Below the pieces are notes generated by a model that was not told where the DNA came from, ran no database searches, and saw only the letters and a program-made list of their open reading frames with translations. A stretch of 61,663 nucleotides of DNA, counting the filler, from Porpidia crustulata (lineage: Eukaryota), in the NCBI GenBank assembly GCA_964255105.1. It is 10 parts of 10 records of this genome, joined end to end, with 100 filler letters (N's around TTAATTAATTAA, not from the genome) between each part and the next. Parts side by side here need not be neighbours in the genome. Positions count along the whole stretch, not along the records: positions 24,780 to 30,853 come from CAXUWE010001638.1; positions 30,954 to 37,026 come from CAXUWE010001639.1; positions 37,127 to 43,195 come from CAXUWE010001640.1; 7 more parts are not named here. The stretch is one strand, 5' to 3'. Within the stretch, counting starts at the first letter, position 1. Each line of letters opens with the position of its first letter. Made by a program: the position numbers and the translations under genes. Below, piece by piece: positions 28,466-38,311 of the stretch.

Positions 28466-30394
28466 ATGGACATTAAGATGTCGTACCTCTTCGATAATGA
28501 CTACTCATCTCGATCCTTTGATCTCAAGGCTATGAAAGCGCTCCATAACTTGCCTTGGGCTAAGATATTCCTCGTTGTTCTTGCTTCCTGGTCCATCTTT
28601 GCAACAGCACAGGTTTGGATAAAAGCTTACAGGTCACCTCTTTCAAACGTGCCAGGCCCATGGATTGCGCGGTACACGAGATTTTGGCTGCTACGAGCAA
28701 TCACCACCCGGTCATGGCAGAAGATCAACATACGTCTACACCGCGAGCATGGTGGGTATGACAATATATTTTCGCACGTTTTTCATTTGTAATCCTTGGT
28801 GCAGGACCGATCGTGCGGATTTCACCCAATGAATACAGCATCGATGACCCCGACGCGGCCAGAATTATATATCGTACCAGAAATGAGCTCGTCAAGGTTT
28901 GTTGACAGCCAGCTTGCTGACGACACCTATCAAGTTACTGATAATTGTTAGGGGAAACGCTATCTTGGCTGGGGACTGCCGGACGTGGAGCAGAATGTCT
29001 TTACCCAAATGGACATAGAGCGCCACAATCAAAGGAAGAAAGAAGCGAGCGGGTTCTACTCGAACAGTGTCCTCTACAATATGGAAGCGCCCGTGGATAG
29101 GGTTATGGAGGTGCTTTTTGGCCGGTTTTCGGGATTTGCTGAGACGGGTGAGGTGATTGAGATGTTCGATTGGCTGCATTACTTTGCCTCTGATGCGATT
29201 GGAATCTTCACAGTATGCAGACGAATCTATGTGTGAGCGGAGGGTATGAACTAACAAAGAAATACAGTTTGGCAAAACGTTTGGCTTCCTCGAGACCGGC
29301 CAGGATCTCGCCGACATTATGAAAACGATCCATGACTATGGTCTTTACGGTGGTCTTATCGGCGTTTTCGTAGCGTGGCATTCAATTGCGTTGAAAATCA
29401 AAACGGCACTAGCTTCAGGAGGGGACGTAGGCTTGGCCTATCTAATCAAATTTACAGCTCAAACGATTGCGGAACTCGATGAAAAGGGGCACGATGACAA
29501 AGAGGGAAAACATGACTTATTGAGTCTGCTGCTAGCAAAGCACCACAAGGACCCGGAGAGGTTTACCAAAGGCGATGTGCACTTTCATATCCTCCCGAAC
29601 GTCGTGGCAGGTGCTGAAACAACCGGGATATCGTTGAGTGCGGCCGTTTACTTTTTATGGAAGAACCCTCATACCCTGGCAAAATTAAGACACGAATTAG
29701 ACGCGAGAAGGTCGGCGGGGACATTTCATGATATAGTGACCGCCAAGGATGTAAAAGGCTGTCAATACTTACAAGCCGTCATCAAAGAGACCTTGCGGAT
29801 GCACCCAGGGACTGGTATAGGGTTGACGCGCCTGGTACCCCGAGGCGGATTGACTCTAGCAGGCCGTTTTTTCCCCGAAGGGGTATGTCTATTCCGTTTC
29901 GCTCTGCGATAAAGAACAGGGCAGCAGGGCCGGGCTAACGCTTTGTGCAGACGGAGGTGAACATAAACCCGTGGGTGGCTCATGCCAACCGCACCGTCTT
30001 TGGTGAAGACGCCGATTCGTTCCGCCCGGAACGCTGGCTACAGGACGAAGAGACCATTAGTCAAATGGATAATTATCTTTTGACGGTACGGCCATCAGCC
30101 GCTGCTCCTATTCCCTCTTTGCATTTTCTCCCTTCTCCGCGCTGTAGAGTCTTGCTCCTTGAGTGGATATTTCTTCCTAGACATATCGCTTAAACTGACT
30201 ACATTTTGCAGTTCGGCAAAGGTGCCCGTATCTGCTCCGGCAAGAACATCAGCCTGATGGAGATGAACAAGCTCATCTCCGAATTGGTAATGCGCTTCGA
30301 TTTTGAATTCGAGGATCCGGAACGGGAATGGACGGTGCACAATGATTGGTTTGTGAGGCAAGAGGATTTCAGAGTCAGGGTCAAGAAAAGATGA
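28466..30394 (+). CDS. Cytochrome P450 (pisatin demethylase/CYP57-like group)
   Basis: N-terminal TM anchor, PLSNVPGPW, GPIVRISPNE, AGAETT, KETLRMHP, FRPERW, heme motif FGKGARICSG; 5 introns; start could be a later Met (e.g. 28532). Confidence 0.92.
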
Positions 30395-30853
30395 ACGATG
30401 TCAAGGCGATGTCGCTGGGAAGTAAGAACGGTGCGCAATGACCTATTCGTAAGGCAAGAGGGCCTTCAAATTTAGGGTCAAGAGAAGGTGAACGGGATTG
30501 TGGGAATGTCGCTAGGAAGAAAGAAGAATGTCTATTGTGGGGAATAAGCTTTGGCTGAGGTTTTGGGGGTTTTGGAAAACACGGCCAGCAGAGTTTTTAG
30601 GAGAATATAGTCTGACTTGAACACTTTCATCAATAAAACCATCAAACGCTCTGCCGAACATCTCCACACACTACACAACCTCCCCCTTTGCCCCTCCATC
30701 CCCTCAACGCAATCACCGCACCAAAAACCATCTAAATCATCTAAACTGTTTGACCCCCAAGATCCCTTCATCCCAAGAACGGTAATGGAGACTCTGTGAA
30801 GTTGATAGAGTGGATGGATTAGATGGACTAGAGGAGTGGAGTGCAGTTGGTGG

Positions 30854-30953
30854 NNNNNNNNNNNNNNNNNNNNNNNNNNNNNNNNNNNNNNNNNNNNTTA
30901 ATTAATTAANNNNNNNNNNNNNNNNNNNNNNNNNNNNNNNNNNNNNNNNNNNN
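30854..30953. other. Artificial contig spacer
   Basis: Same 100-nt spacer. Confidence 0.99.
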
Positions 30954-30955
30954 GA

Positions 30956-30978
30956 ATGCATGCATGCATGCATGCATG
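30956..30978. repeat. (ATGC)n microsatellite
   Basis: About 5.75 copies of ATGC at the contig start. Confidence 0.8.
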
Positions 30979-31208
30979 TCTTTAACGCCTGGCAACCGTT
31001 TTAATCAAACTTTCGGTTGAAACGGATTGATATAATGGCTGGCGGCTTGGTCTACAAGTAGTGCCCCCGTACCGGGAAGATGGATGCCCACTGAAAGTAG
31101 TAGTAGATAGATACATGTTTGGAAATCCGTGCGGCTAGCTAGCTAGCTGGCCTTCCGTCTCTCCGAGAACCTTTCTACTCTGATTTCTTACGATCGAAGA
31201 GAAGAACC

Positions 31209-31552
31209 ATGCACCTATTTTAAGGTGTCATCACTTTGCCTGGTCAATCCCCTCTTGGCCACCGCTACGGGTCATTGCTTCACTTTGACTGTGTTTCCCC
31301 GCGTCGTTTCAGATTCTCGGCCACAGCTCAGAACATTGTCTTTCGCTCGCCCTCCCGATCCGAACAACAATAGAGCCGTTCTCGAAAATTTTTCCTATGC
31401 CAGCCTCGCTGACGGCACCGGCCCGGCTGTGAAGGGGACCACCCCGGTGAGCGAAACCTTCACCATCGATGGCACCTACTGCTGTCAGGGCTCCCCTAAG
31501 AACGACAATGCCCTCGAGATCCTTGTGCATGGCATCAGCTACGATAAATCCA
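31209..31552 (+). pseudogene. 5' remnant of a secreted alpha/beta-hydrolase
   Basis: VSETFTIDGTYC...LEILVHGISYDKS resembles the N-terminus of fungal Abhydrolase proteins. The signal region is frameshifted and similarity stops abruptly at ~31552. Confidence 0.5.
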
Positions 31553-31682
31553 TTCGGTCCTCCCCTTCACCGCTTCCTTGCTCTTCGTGTCCCTCTTCAT
31601 TTCTCATAGCACGCTGTTTCTCCTCAGCCTCGTTTTCCCTTAGCAGACGGAGTTCCGACGTTTGTCGCATGAGCATTTCTCG

Positions 31683-34600
31683 TCAAGCTTCGACGCGCTT
31701 GGCCAAGGATTTAGGCGTCTTTTCTTCGAGTCCCTTCCCTTGAATATTGAATGTCTCCAACGAATTTCTGATTGGCGTTTCCGGGGGTTCCTCGGGCCTA
31801 AATGGTATGTTCTCGGTTGGTTGAAATATAGCCAAGTCCTCTTCAGAGCCCATTCTCTCTGGAGATTGCGTCTGGAAGGTGTCTTGATCGTCTTCTATCG
31901 TGGAAGATGTGATTTCCATGTCCTTTTCTTCGATATCTTCAGTCGTCGTTCCCTTTGTGGTCGAGGACTGAGATACTGAGCTTTCATTTCCATGTATTGT
32001 AGGTAGAGAGACCACTTCCCCAATTGCATTTTCACCTTTTCTGTCCGTAGAGCCAGCGATATTAGAAGATTTCTTTTTGGAGCTTTTCCAACCGCTTATC
32101 ACCTGAATGGATGCTCTTCTCAGCTCCACTTCCTTGCCTTTTATATTCTTTACTTTCAGCATGTCGGTAGCCCGCCGGTACAGAGTTTTCTGCTCATTCA
32201 GGAGCGTAGACACAGTGTCTGGTCGCTCTCGAACACTCTTACTATCTTCAGGCGCGATTTGATCTGGAATTTGCTTCTGTAAGCTTTTCTGCTCCTGGAC
32301 TTGCGGTACGACACTGGTTACTTTTTCCTCCTTCTTGGGATATTCTTTGAGCCCCAGCATGTCAGAAGCTCTTCTCTCAAGATTTTCACGGCCCTCTTTC
32401 AGCTGCTGAATCCAAGTTTCCAGGTTCTCGGAGGTGCCGTGCACTTGAAACCATTTACGCGTCTTCGCCAGCCTTTCATCTTCTCTGAGCTCCTTCCCGT
32501 AAGCCATAATCCATTGAGTACTCCGCAAGAGCGTCTCGGTATTCAAGTCCTTGCCCTGCTGCTCGATTCGGTTCTTAACGCCAAGAAGTATCTCATCAGA
32601 ACTGATGCCCTTAAGCCAGTCGCGGGTAAACGCTTGCGTGCTCAACATCTCCGCTTCGTCGTCGTTGCCAGCTGAAACGCTTTCTACACTCTGCACTAGG
32701 GCTAGGTCATCCGCAGCTAGCTTTTCTTGTCGTGGCTGCTCTTCGAAAGCTACCCACTTCCTACCATTGTCATGCAGTTTCCATCCATTTTGCTTCTGAC
32801 CGCCGTGCGCTCTGAGTTTTCGCTCGTTCTTGTGCATGCGTGGGTTGTTCCAGAAGGTGGTCCCGTCTGTGTGATCAATGAAATACTGCCTACCGTGCCG
32901 AGTGAAACGCATTTCCCACAGTGCTCCCAAAAACTGCCGTTCTTTTTCATATGGATGCCCATCCGACCATGTTTCACTTTCAAAATCGAAGTAAGACATG
33001 TTCCCATTCTCGTGATGTCGCCTAACCCAATTTGGAGGCAACGGCTCGAGAAATGTCCCGTCCGACGTAATGAGGTCTTTTGGGAGGATGAAGGGATATT
33101 CCCGGAGCTCGAACTCAGCTGGATCGTCCAGGTCTAGTACCGGGATGTCTGTATGTGGGACATCCCCACCTTCGAACCACTCCCATTTATTGTTCTTCTT
33201 GGCCAACCTCCAACCTCTAGCGTTATTTTTCAAGGAAGTGTTCTTCACTAGCTTGTTCCTAGTCCACCAAGTAGTCCCGCGCCCATCTCCCCCGTAGTGT
33301 ACCCAGTATCTCAGGCCGTACTCATTGTAGCGCATTTCCCAATTCCGCGCTAGTCTTCGTCGCTTCTCATCGTTCGGGTGGTCAACTCTTTTTATCTTCT
33401 GTTTCTGATTGAAGTAGAACTTTTGACCGCTCTCCTCGTGCAGGAGACGCCATCCTCGTGGGAGGGGCTCTATGAACGTCTCGTGTCTCCGCTCGCTGCC
33501 GTATACCGGCTTGAAGTTATCTGCGCCAGCTAGTGGCCCATCAATTGCCTTCCAGCGAATCTCCCCAGTCTTGAGGTTCCGGTACTTTTTACCCCGTTCC
33601 TCGTCCCACTCGACGTTCCAATTTTCTGGCAGTATGAGCAGTCGTTCCTCATCGATCTCTTGCCTCATGGGATGGGTTATGTGTGTGGTTGGTGGATTCC
33701 TATTATGGTTGACATAGTATTTCTCCCCTTCTGCTTTACGACATAGTTGCCATCCGCAAGGCAGTGACATAATACTTGAGTTGACCCAGTCTGGACTGGC
33801 CCGCTTCTTGGTCACCCATTTTTCAGTTATCCCAGGTCGGTCATTGCGAGTTTCGCCAGTGAGACGGTGGACGAAAGCTCGTGAGCCATCTACGTCATTG
33901 GCTTTCTCTTCCCACCTTTTCGATAGGGGAATGTTTGTAATTCTCAGGCCCAGTTCTTGCTGACTGGGTGTGTTCCATGTGTTCATTTTTTCTTTGCGGT
34001 CATAAAAGTAGGGGACACCGGATTCCGTAACGCGCCTCTCGTATCTCTCAATCAATTGATTGTCGGATTGTAGATATTTAGGCTTGACTCTTCCAGAATC
34101 AATTCTTTTGCCTCGGCGCTTGGACCGCTTACGTTCCACAGACGGGGAACGGTAATCTTCCAACCTAGGAGACAGACCCACGCCTACCAAAGATGTCTCC
34201 AAGCCAGCTTTCAGATTATCTTCAGTATGAAACGATTCTATGAGCGCTTGGCTGGCCAGGGAAATTACAGCAACGGCCCAGCGTGGGGTTCCGACAACAA
34301 AGCCCGCGACAAGCCACGGTAAAGCCTTCAGCCAAGGTAGCTTGTTACTGTCCTCATCAGCGTTGAATATTCCCTTGACAGCCTCTCTCATCAGGTCGAA
34401 CTTGAGCTCCGGCTTCCCATCGGGTCCGCGCTGAATGTATGAGTATTCTGCACGTTTCCTGAGGGAGAGCGACGACTCAAGTATTGATAATAGCCAGTGA
34501 TCACCAAGAGAGCCCGCCTTCTCCCTGATACCATGGCCCTTTGAAATATCCTCCCTGATCCACTGTCTTTTGGGATAAGAAAGAGAGCGAGCAGTTAGTA

Positions 34601-35291
34601 TTTCAAGGGTATTTACCAAAACCGTTTTGTGCTTTTCTATCACTTCCTCGTCACACCCTCGTCGACGATAATACATGGTCGTCATTGACAGTATTGCATC
34701 GCAGAAGAAACCCCTGACAAATTGCTCTAACGACTTCAGATGAGAACGTAAATGACTTAAGCCCCCAATTTCCTGGAGTAGGTTATCCACGGCAATCTGA
34801 CAGTTGTGGTGCCATACACTATAGTTGTTGAAATTTAAACGGTCAAGACGAGAGAATTGAGAGTTTCCAGCCGTCATGATCTCCTCATCGGTCAAAGCCG
34901 TGGAACCTTGAGGGTACTGTTCACAGATCCGCCTTTGTTGTTCCACATCCCACCTGGACATACGCAGTCCAGTACGGGTGGGGTCGTCATGAGCTCGCTG
35001 TAATTCGAAGTAATTATCTCCAACCCGTATGGCCCAATGCATGGCCCAAGAGAATTTCGTTTCGCTCTTGTCTACCACCTGCTTCATGAACCTTACACCT
35101 TTTGGCCCTTTGGATGTTTTGAATGGTGGAGTAGTGACAATCACGATATCGCGGACATCGTCTCGATTTGCAAGGCGTTGTTCCAGCTTCTCCTCCTTCC
35201 GCTTCGTTTCTCCTGCCTCCCCTAGGCTATCAAGGTCATCGCAACCCCCATAGTTTGGGGTCTTCATATCGAATGCTAAGAGCTTCCCCAA
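31683..35291 (-). CDS. PPPDE/LRAT-like (permuted NlpC/P60 papain fold) domain fused to 8 WW domains; termini probably damaged
   Basis: HWAIRVGDNYFEL (His codon 35037-35039), GSTALTDEEI and YSVWHHNCQ (Cys codon 34800-34802). WW repeats such as PLPRGW..GQKFYFN..HP and LWEMRFTRHGRQYFIDHTDGTTFWNNP. Coding-like sequence extends upstream to ~35800 across frameshifts and downstream to 31539. Confidence 0.85.
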   Translation of the reverse strand: MGKLLAFDMKTPNYGGCDDLDSLGEAGETKRKEEKLEQRLANRDDVRDIVIVTTPPFKTSKGPKGVRFMKQVVDKSETKFSWAMHWAIRVGDNYFELQRAHDDPTRTGLRMSRWDVEQQRRICEQYPQGSTALTDEEIMTAGNSQFSRLDRLNFNNYSVWHHNCQIAVDNLLQEIGGLSHLRSHLKSLEQFVRGFFCDAILSMTTMYYRRRGCDEEVIEKHKTVLVNTLEILTARSLSYPKRQWIREDISKGHGIREKAGSLGDHWLLSILESSLSLRKRAEYSYIQRGPDGKPELKFDLMREAVKGIFNADEDSNKLPWLKALPWLVAGFVVGTPRWAVAVISLASQALIESFHTEDNLKAGLETSLVGVGLSPRLEDYRSPSVERKRSKRRGKRIDSGRVKPKYLQSDNQLIERYERRVTESGVPYFYDRKEKMNTWNTPSQQELGLRITNIPLSKRWEEKANDVDGSRAFVHRLTGETRNDRPGITEKWVTKKRASPDWVNSSIMSLPCGWQLCRKAEGEKYYVNHNRNPPTTHITHPMRQEIDEERLLILPENWNVEWDEERGKKYRNLKTGEIRWKAIDGPLAGADNFKPVYGSERRHETFIEPLPRGWRLLHEESGQKFYFNQKQKIKRVDHPNDEKRRRLARNWEMRYNEYGLRYWVHYGGDGRGTTWWTRNKLVKNTSLKNNARGWRLAKKNNKWEWFEGGDVPHTDIPVLDLDDPAEFELREYPFILPKDLITSDGTFLEPLPPNWVRRHHENGNMSYFDFESETWSDGHPYEKERQFLGALWEMRFTRHGRQYFIDHTDGTTFWNNPRMHKNERKLRAHGGQKQNGWKLHDNGRKWVAFEEQPRQEKLAADDLALVQSVESVSAGNDDEAEMLSTQAFTRDWLKGISSDEILLGVKNRIEQQGKDLNTETLLRSTQWIMAYGKELREDERLAKTRKWFQVHGTSENLETWIQQLKEGRENLERRASDMLGLKEYPKKEEKVTSVVPQVQEQKSLQKQIPDQIAPEDSKSVRERPDTVSTLLNEQKTLYRRATDMLKVKNIKGKEVELRRASIQVISGWKSSKKKSSNIAGSTDRKGENAIGEVVSLPTIHGNESSVSQSSTTKGTTTEDIEEKDMEITSSTIEDDQDTFQTQSPERMGSEEDLAIFQPTENIPFRPEEPPETPIRNSLETFNIQGKGLEEKTPKSLAKRVEA

Positions 35292-35940
35292 GATAGAATA
35301 TCGGTAGTGTCAAGTCCTAGTTGGGAGAGGGGGTCCCATCGATGTTTGGTGCGAACAGGTAGGTAATCGTTATGTTGCTCAAAGACGGATTGGTAACCCA
35401 GCTCGGAGAGTTGTTCATTGTCGAGATGGAACAACCTCGGGTATGTTTCCTGCAAGGCTGCACAGCCGGCGGTGGCATTAAGGCAATGCAACCTGCGCGT
35501 GCCAGGGGCCATGAATTCCGCCAGAGCCACCACGTCCGGCCGAATCTGCTTGTTTCAACTTCCCCTCCGTGTAATCGCATTGCTGAGTCCTGTGCCATGC
35601 CGTCTTCGATTGCTGAGCCATCCACCATCGATTCCATTCCGTTGACATAAGCTGGCATAGCACAGCCCCCCAAATCAGCGCATCTGAAACGCGGGCGTTT
35701 GTGGCGCGGGGAAGCCGGATCTGGTGCGTTTGCCGCCGCTGCGGTCCACGATTTCCACTTCCAGTTTTCTCGGCCTCCACTACCGCCTGATCACAAGACA
35801 TGATGATCCCCAAAGCACGAGCAAGCTATCATCTTCCATATCAGACAAGCCGAGCCGTCTGCTTTCCTCATTGACGCTTAATGAACAGATCCCGCCATTT
35901 CCCATGCCGTTGAGCTCTCCTTCCTTCCCTCCGAACTTTA

Positions 35941-36810
35941 ATGCTAGGCGCCAAGCTGTCAAGAGCCAACCATGGCGACACCTTTCGAAGCGAATATGAC
36001 AAAAAATTCACCCGCTTCATCGTCCACCTCTTCTACCCCATCTGCTGGCTCTGCATCTACACCTACAACCGAGCCAACAGAGGGGTCTCCGTCCTTCTCG
36101 CACCATGGCCCTTAATGCACGACCCCATAAAATCCCTCCTCAACGCCGAAGAAGCCGAAGCGGATATCCTCACCGCCAAGTGGCGAGACTCTAAACTCGC
36201 TGAACTCAACTATATTGGTATCACTGTACGTCCCCCTCCCAATGACCTAAAACAGAACCGCGTTGAGCCCTGACACCAATTCCTCCCAAAGTCTGCCCTA
36301 GTAGCCTCCGTCGTCGTCGGTGCATCCTCCTGGTTTTCCGCCCCATCGGACCCCTGGACGACCCGCGCATGCTGGTCCTCTGCGCTGATCTTCGCGCTAA
36401 CGTCAATCTCCCTCGCAACGCAACAATCGATCGGCCTGCACCGCTTCAACAGCCACGAAAACAGCCTTGCAGGAATCAGGCGGCTGTTGGGCGAGGAGAA
36501 CCCGTGGTACGGCAACGACAATGCGCAGATGGGGTATGTCGGGCTGAACGAGAAGTTTGCAGGGGATAAAATGCGGATGAGGAGGAGTCAGCTGTGGCTG
36601 TGGCAGACGCCGGTGATGTTGTCGAATTTTGCGATTTTGCTGTTCGTGGTGGGGTTGATGGCCAAGGTTTTCAGCGCTGCGGTTGTCAGTCGAGGAGATT
36701 GGAAGACGGGAGATGTCCAAGTCGCAATATTTTTCGGATGCGCGTCCGTATTCGCAGGCGCCAACTACCTGATAGGCTGGTTGTGCCTGAATCGAAGATC
36801 CTTGCGATAA
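35941..36810 (+). CDS. Small fungal multi-pass membrane protein of unknown function
   Basis: Intron 36226-36291 joins ...KWRDSKLAELNYIGIT to SALVASVVVGASSW...WQTPVMLSNFAILLFVVGL...; about 4-5 hydrophobic segments. Confidence 0.8.
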
Positions 36811-37026
36811 ATCTCAGTCTACCTATCCCCATGTTCGCATCGATGGAAACGACAACATGTACAAAAGTTGACAGCTTCGCTCCTTTTCCAATCCGTATAT
36901 TACAACTCTCTACCACAACTTCTCCACATTCATATATTGGCGCCCTACTTCGAATTTCATACGTAAACCACCCGGCGGACAACCCGTTTCGCCGTGCACC
37001 CTTACATCTCCATGTTCAACTTCATC

Positions 37027-37126
37027 NNNNNNNNNNNNNNNNNNNNNNNNNNNNNNNNNNNNNNNNNNNNTTAATTAATTAANNNNNNNNNNNNNNNNNN
37101 NNNNNNNNNNNNNNNNNNNNNNNNNN
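37027..37126. other. Artificial contig spacer
   Basis: Same 100-nt spacer. Confidence 0.99.
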
Positions 37127-37450
37127 GTGGGGGAGGGGCAGAAAAAGTAAAACGGAGGTTTTCCAGGCTCTGACTTCGTATACTCGTATATACCCTTCAA
37201 GTGGTCATTTGAGGGGTATATACGTGTAAAATTGAGGATGAGCGAGTTGTTCTCTTGACTTCGGCCCAACCTTTCTTTGGTAATTATACGAAGCGTTACG
37301 AACCCAGGCAAGACTGAAGAGTTTTACTCAGTTTTACGATGGCAAAAGCGCAAATTTTGTCATGCGGTGGTTTGTCGTTAGTCAACCTCCTTAATCATCA
37401 CTATACCTGACACGGGGAGAACACCTTTTCACGGTAAATCAACGATCTTC

Positions 37451-38311
37451 ATGTCTGAAGACCTCCAAAACGAAATCGAGGCTATCAATTCCATATATGG
37501 AGATGAAACAATACGGCAACCTCACAGTAGCATCAACAACGACATCTACATTCTCTCCATTCCTAGGCATCACGTCTCCTTGCGCGTATCAATCCCATTT
37601 ATTTATCCAGACGTTCCTTTTCAGATCCTAGGGACAGAGGCTATTGGCGATGGGTTGAAGAAGGGACATGGAAGCCACGTGCTCAATATAGCCAAGGCCA
37701 CCTTGCTAGAAGTCTTCGCTGTAGGTTCGGTTTGTCTCTTCGACCTATTACAAGAGCTGGACAACACTCTCGCGGCTGAGGAGACGATGCTCGAGGGTGA
37801 TAACGCCCCACTCACCGCTATAGCACTACAAGAACAGTCTATATCCAAGGCTCCCAACATTGCTATTGTTCCAGAAGCACAACAGTCCACATTTGATGAG
37901 CCTTCGTGGGTACTATCTTCGCCCATCACAGAGAAAAGATCTGTCTTCCTTGCCCGTGCATGCGCTGTAGCAACGCCCGCTCAAGCCAAAACGTACGTCA
38001 CCCACCTACTCTCCACAGACAAGCGCGTTGGCAAGGCCACCCATAACATCACCGCGTACCGCATACGTTCCCCTAGCTCATCAGCCGTTACTGCTGAAAT
38101 CACATTTCAAGACTGCGAGGATGATGGCGAAACTGCCGCCGGAGGGCGACTGCTACATTTACTGCAGGTCATGGATGTATGGAATGTACTAGTTGTCGTC
38201 AGTAGATGGTATGGCGGGGTGAAACTTGGGCCGGACCGGTTCAGGCTCATCAACGCTGCGGCAAGAGAGGCGATTGTCGCAGGCGGTTGGATGGTAGGGA
38301 AGGATAAGTAG
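37451..38311 (+). CDS. YIH1: IMPACT family protein (RWD + UPF0029), Gcn2 inhibitor
   Basis: N-terminal RWD (EIEAINSIYG, YPD), EKRSVFLARA, ATHNITAYRI, DCEDDGETAAGGRLLHLL, VVVSRWYGGVKLGPDRF. Confidence 0.95.
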   Translation: MSEDLQNEIEAINSIYGDETIRQPHSSINNDIYILSIPRHHVSLRVSIPFIYPDVPFQILGTEAIGDGLKKGHGSHVLNIAKATLLEVFAVGSVCLFDLLQELDNTLAAEETMLEGDNAPLTAIALQEQSISKAPNIAIVPEAQQSTFDEPSWVLSSPITEKRSVFLARACAVATPAQAKTYVTHLLSTDKRVGKATHNITAYRIRSPSSSAVTAEITFQDCEDDGETAAGGRLLHLLQVMDVWNVLVVVSRWYGGVKLGPDRFRLINAAAREAIVAGGWMVGKDK

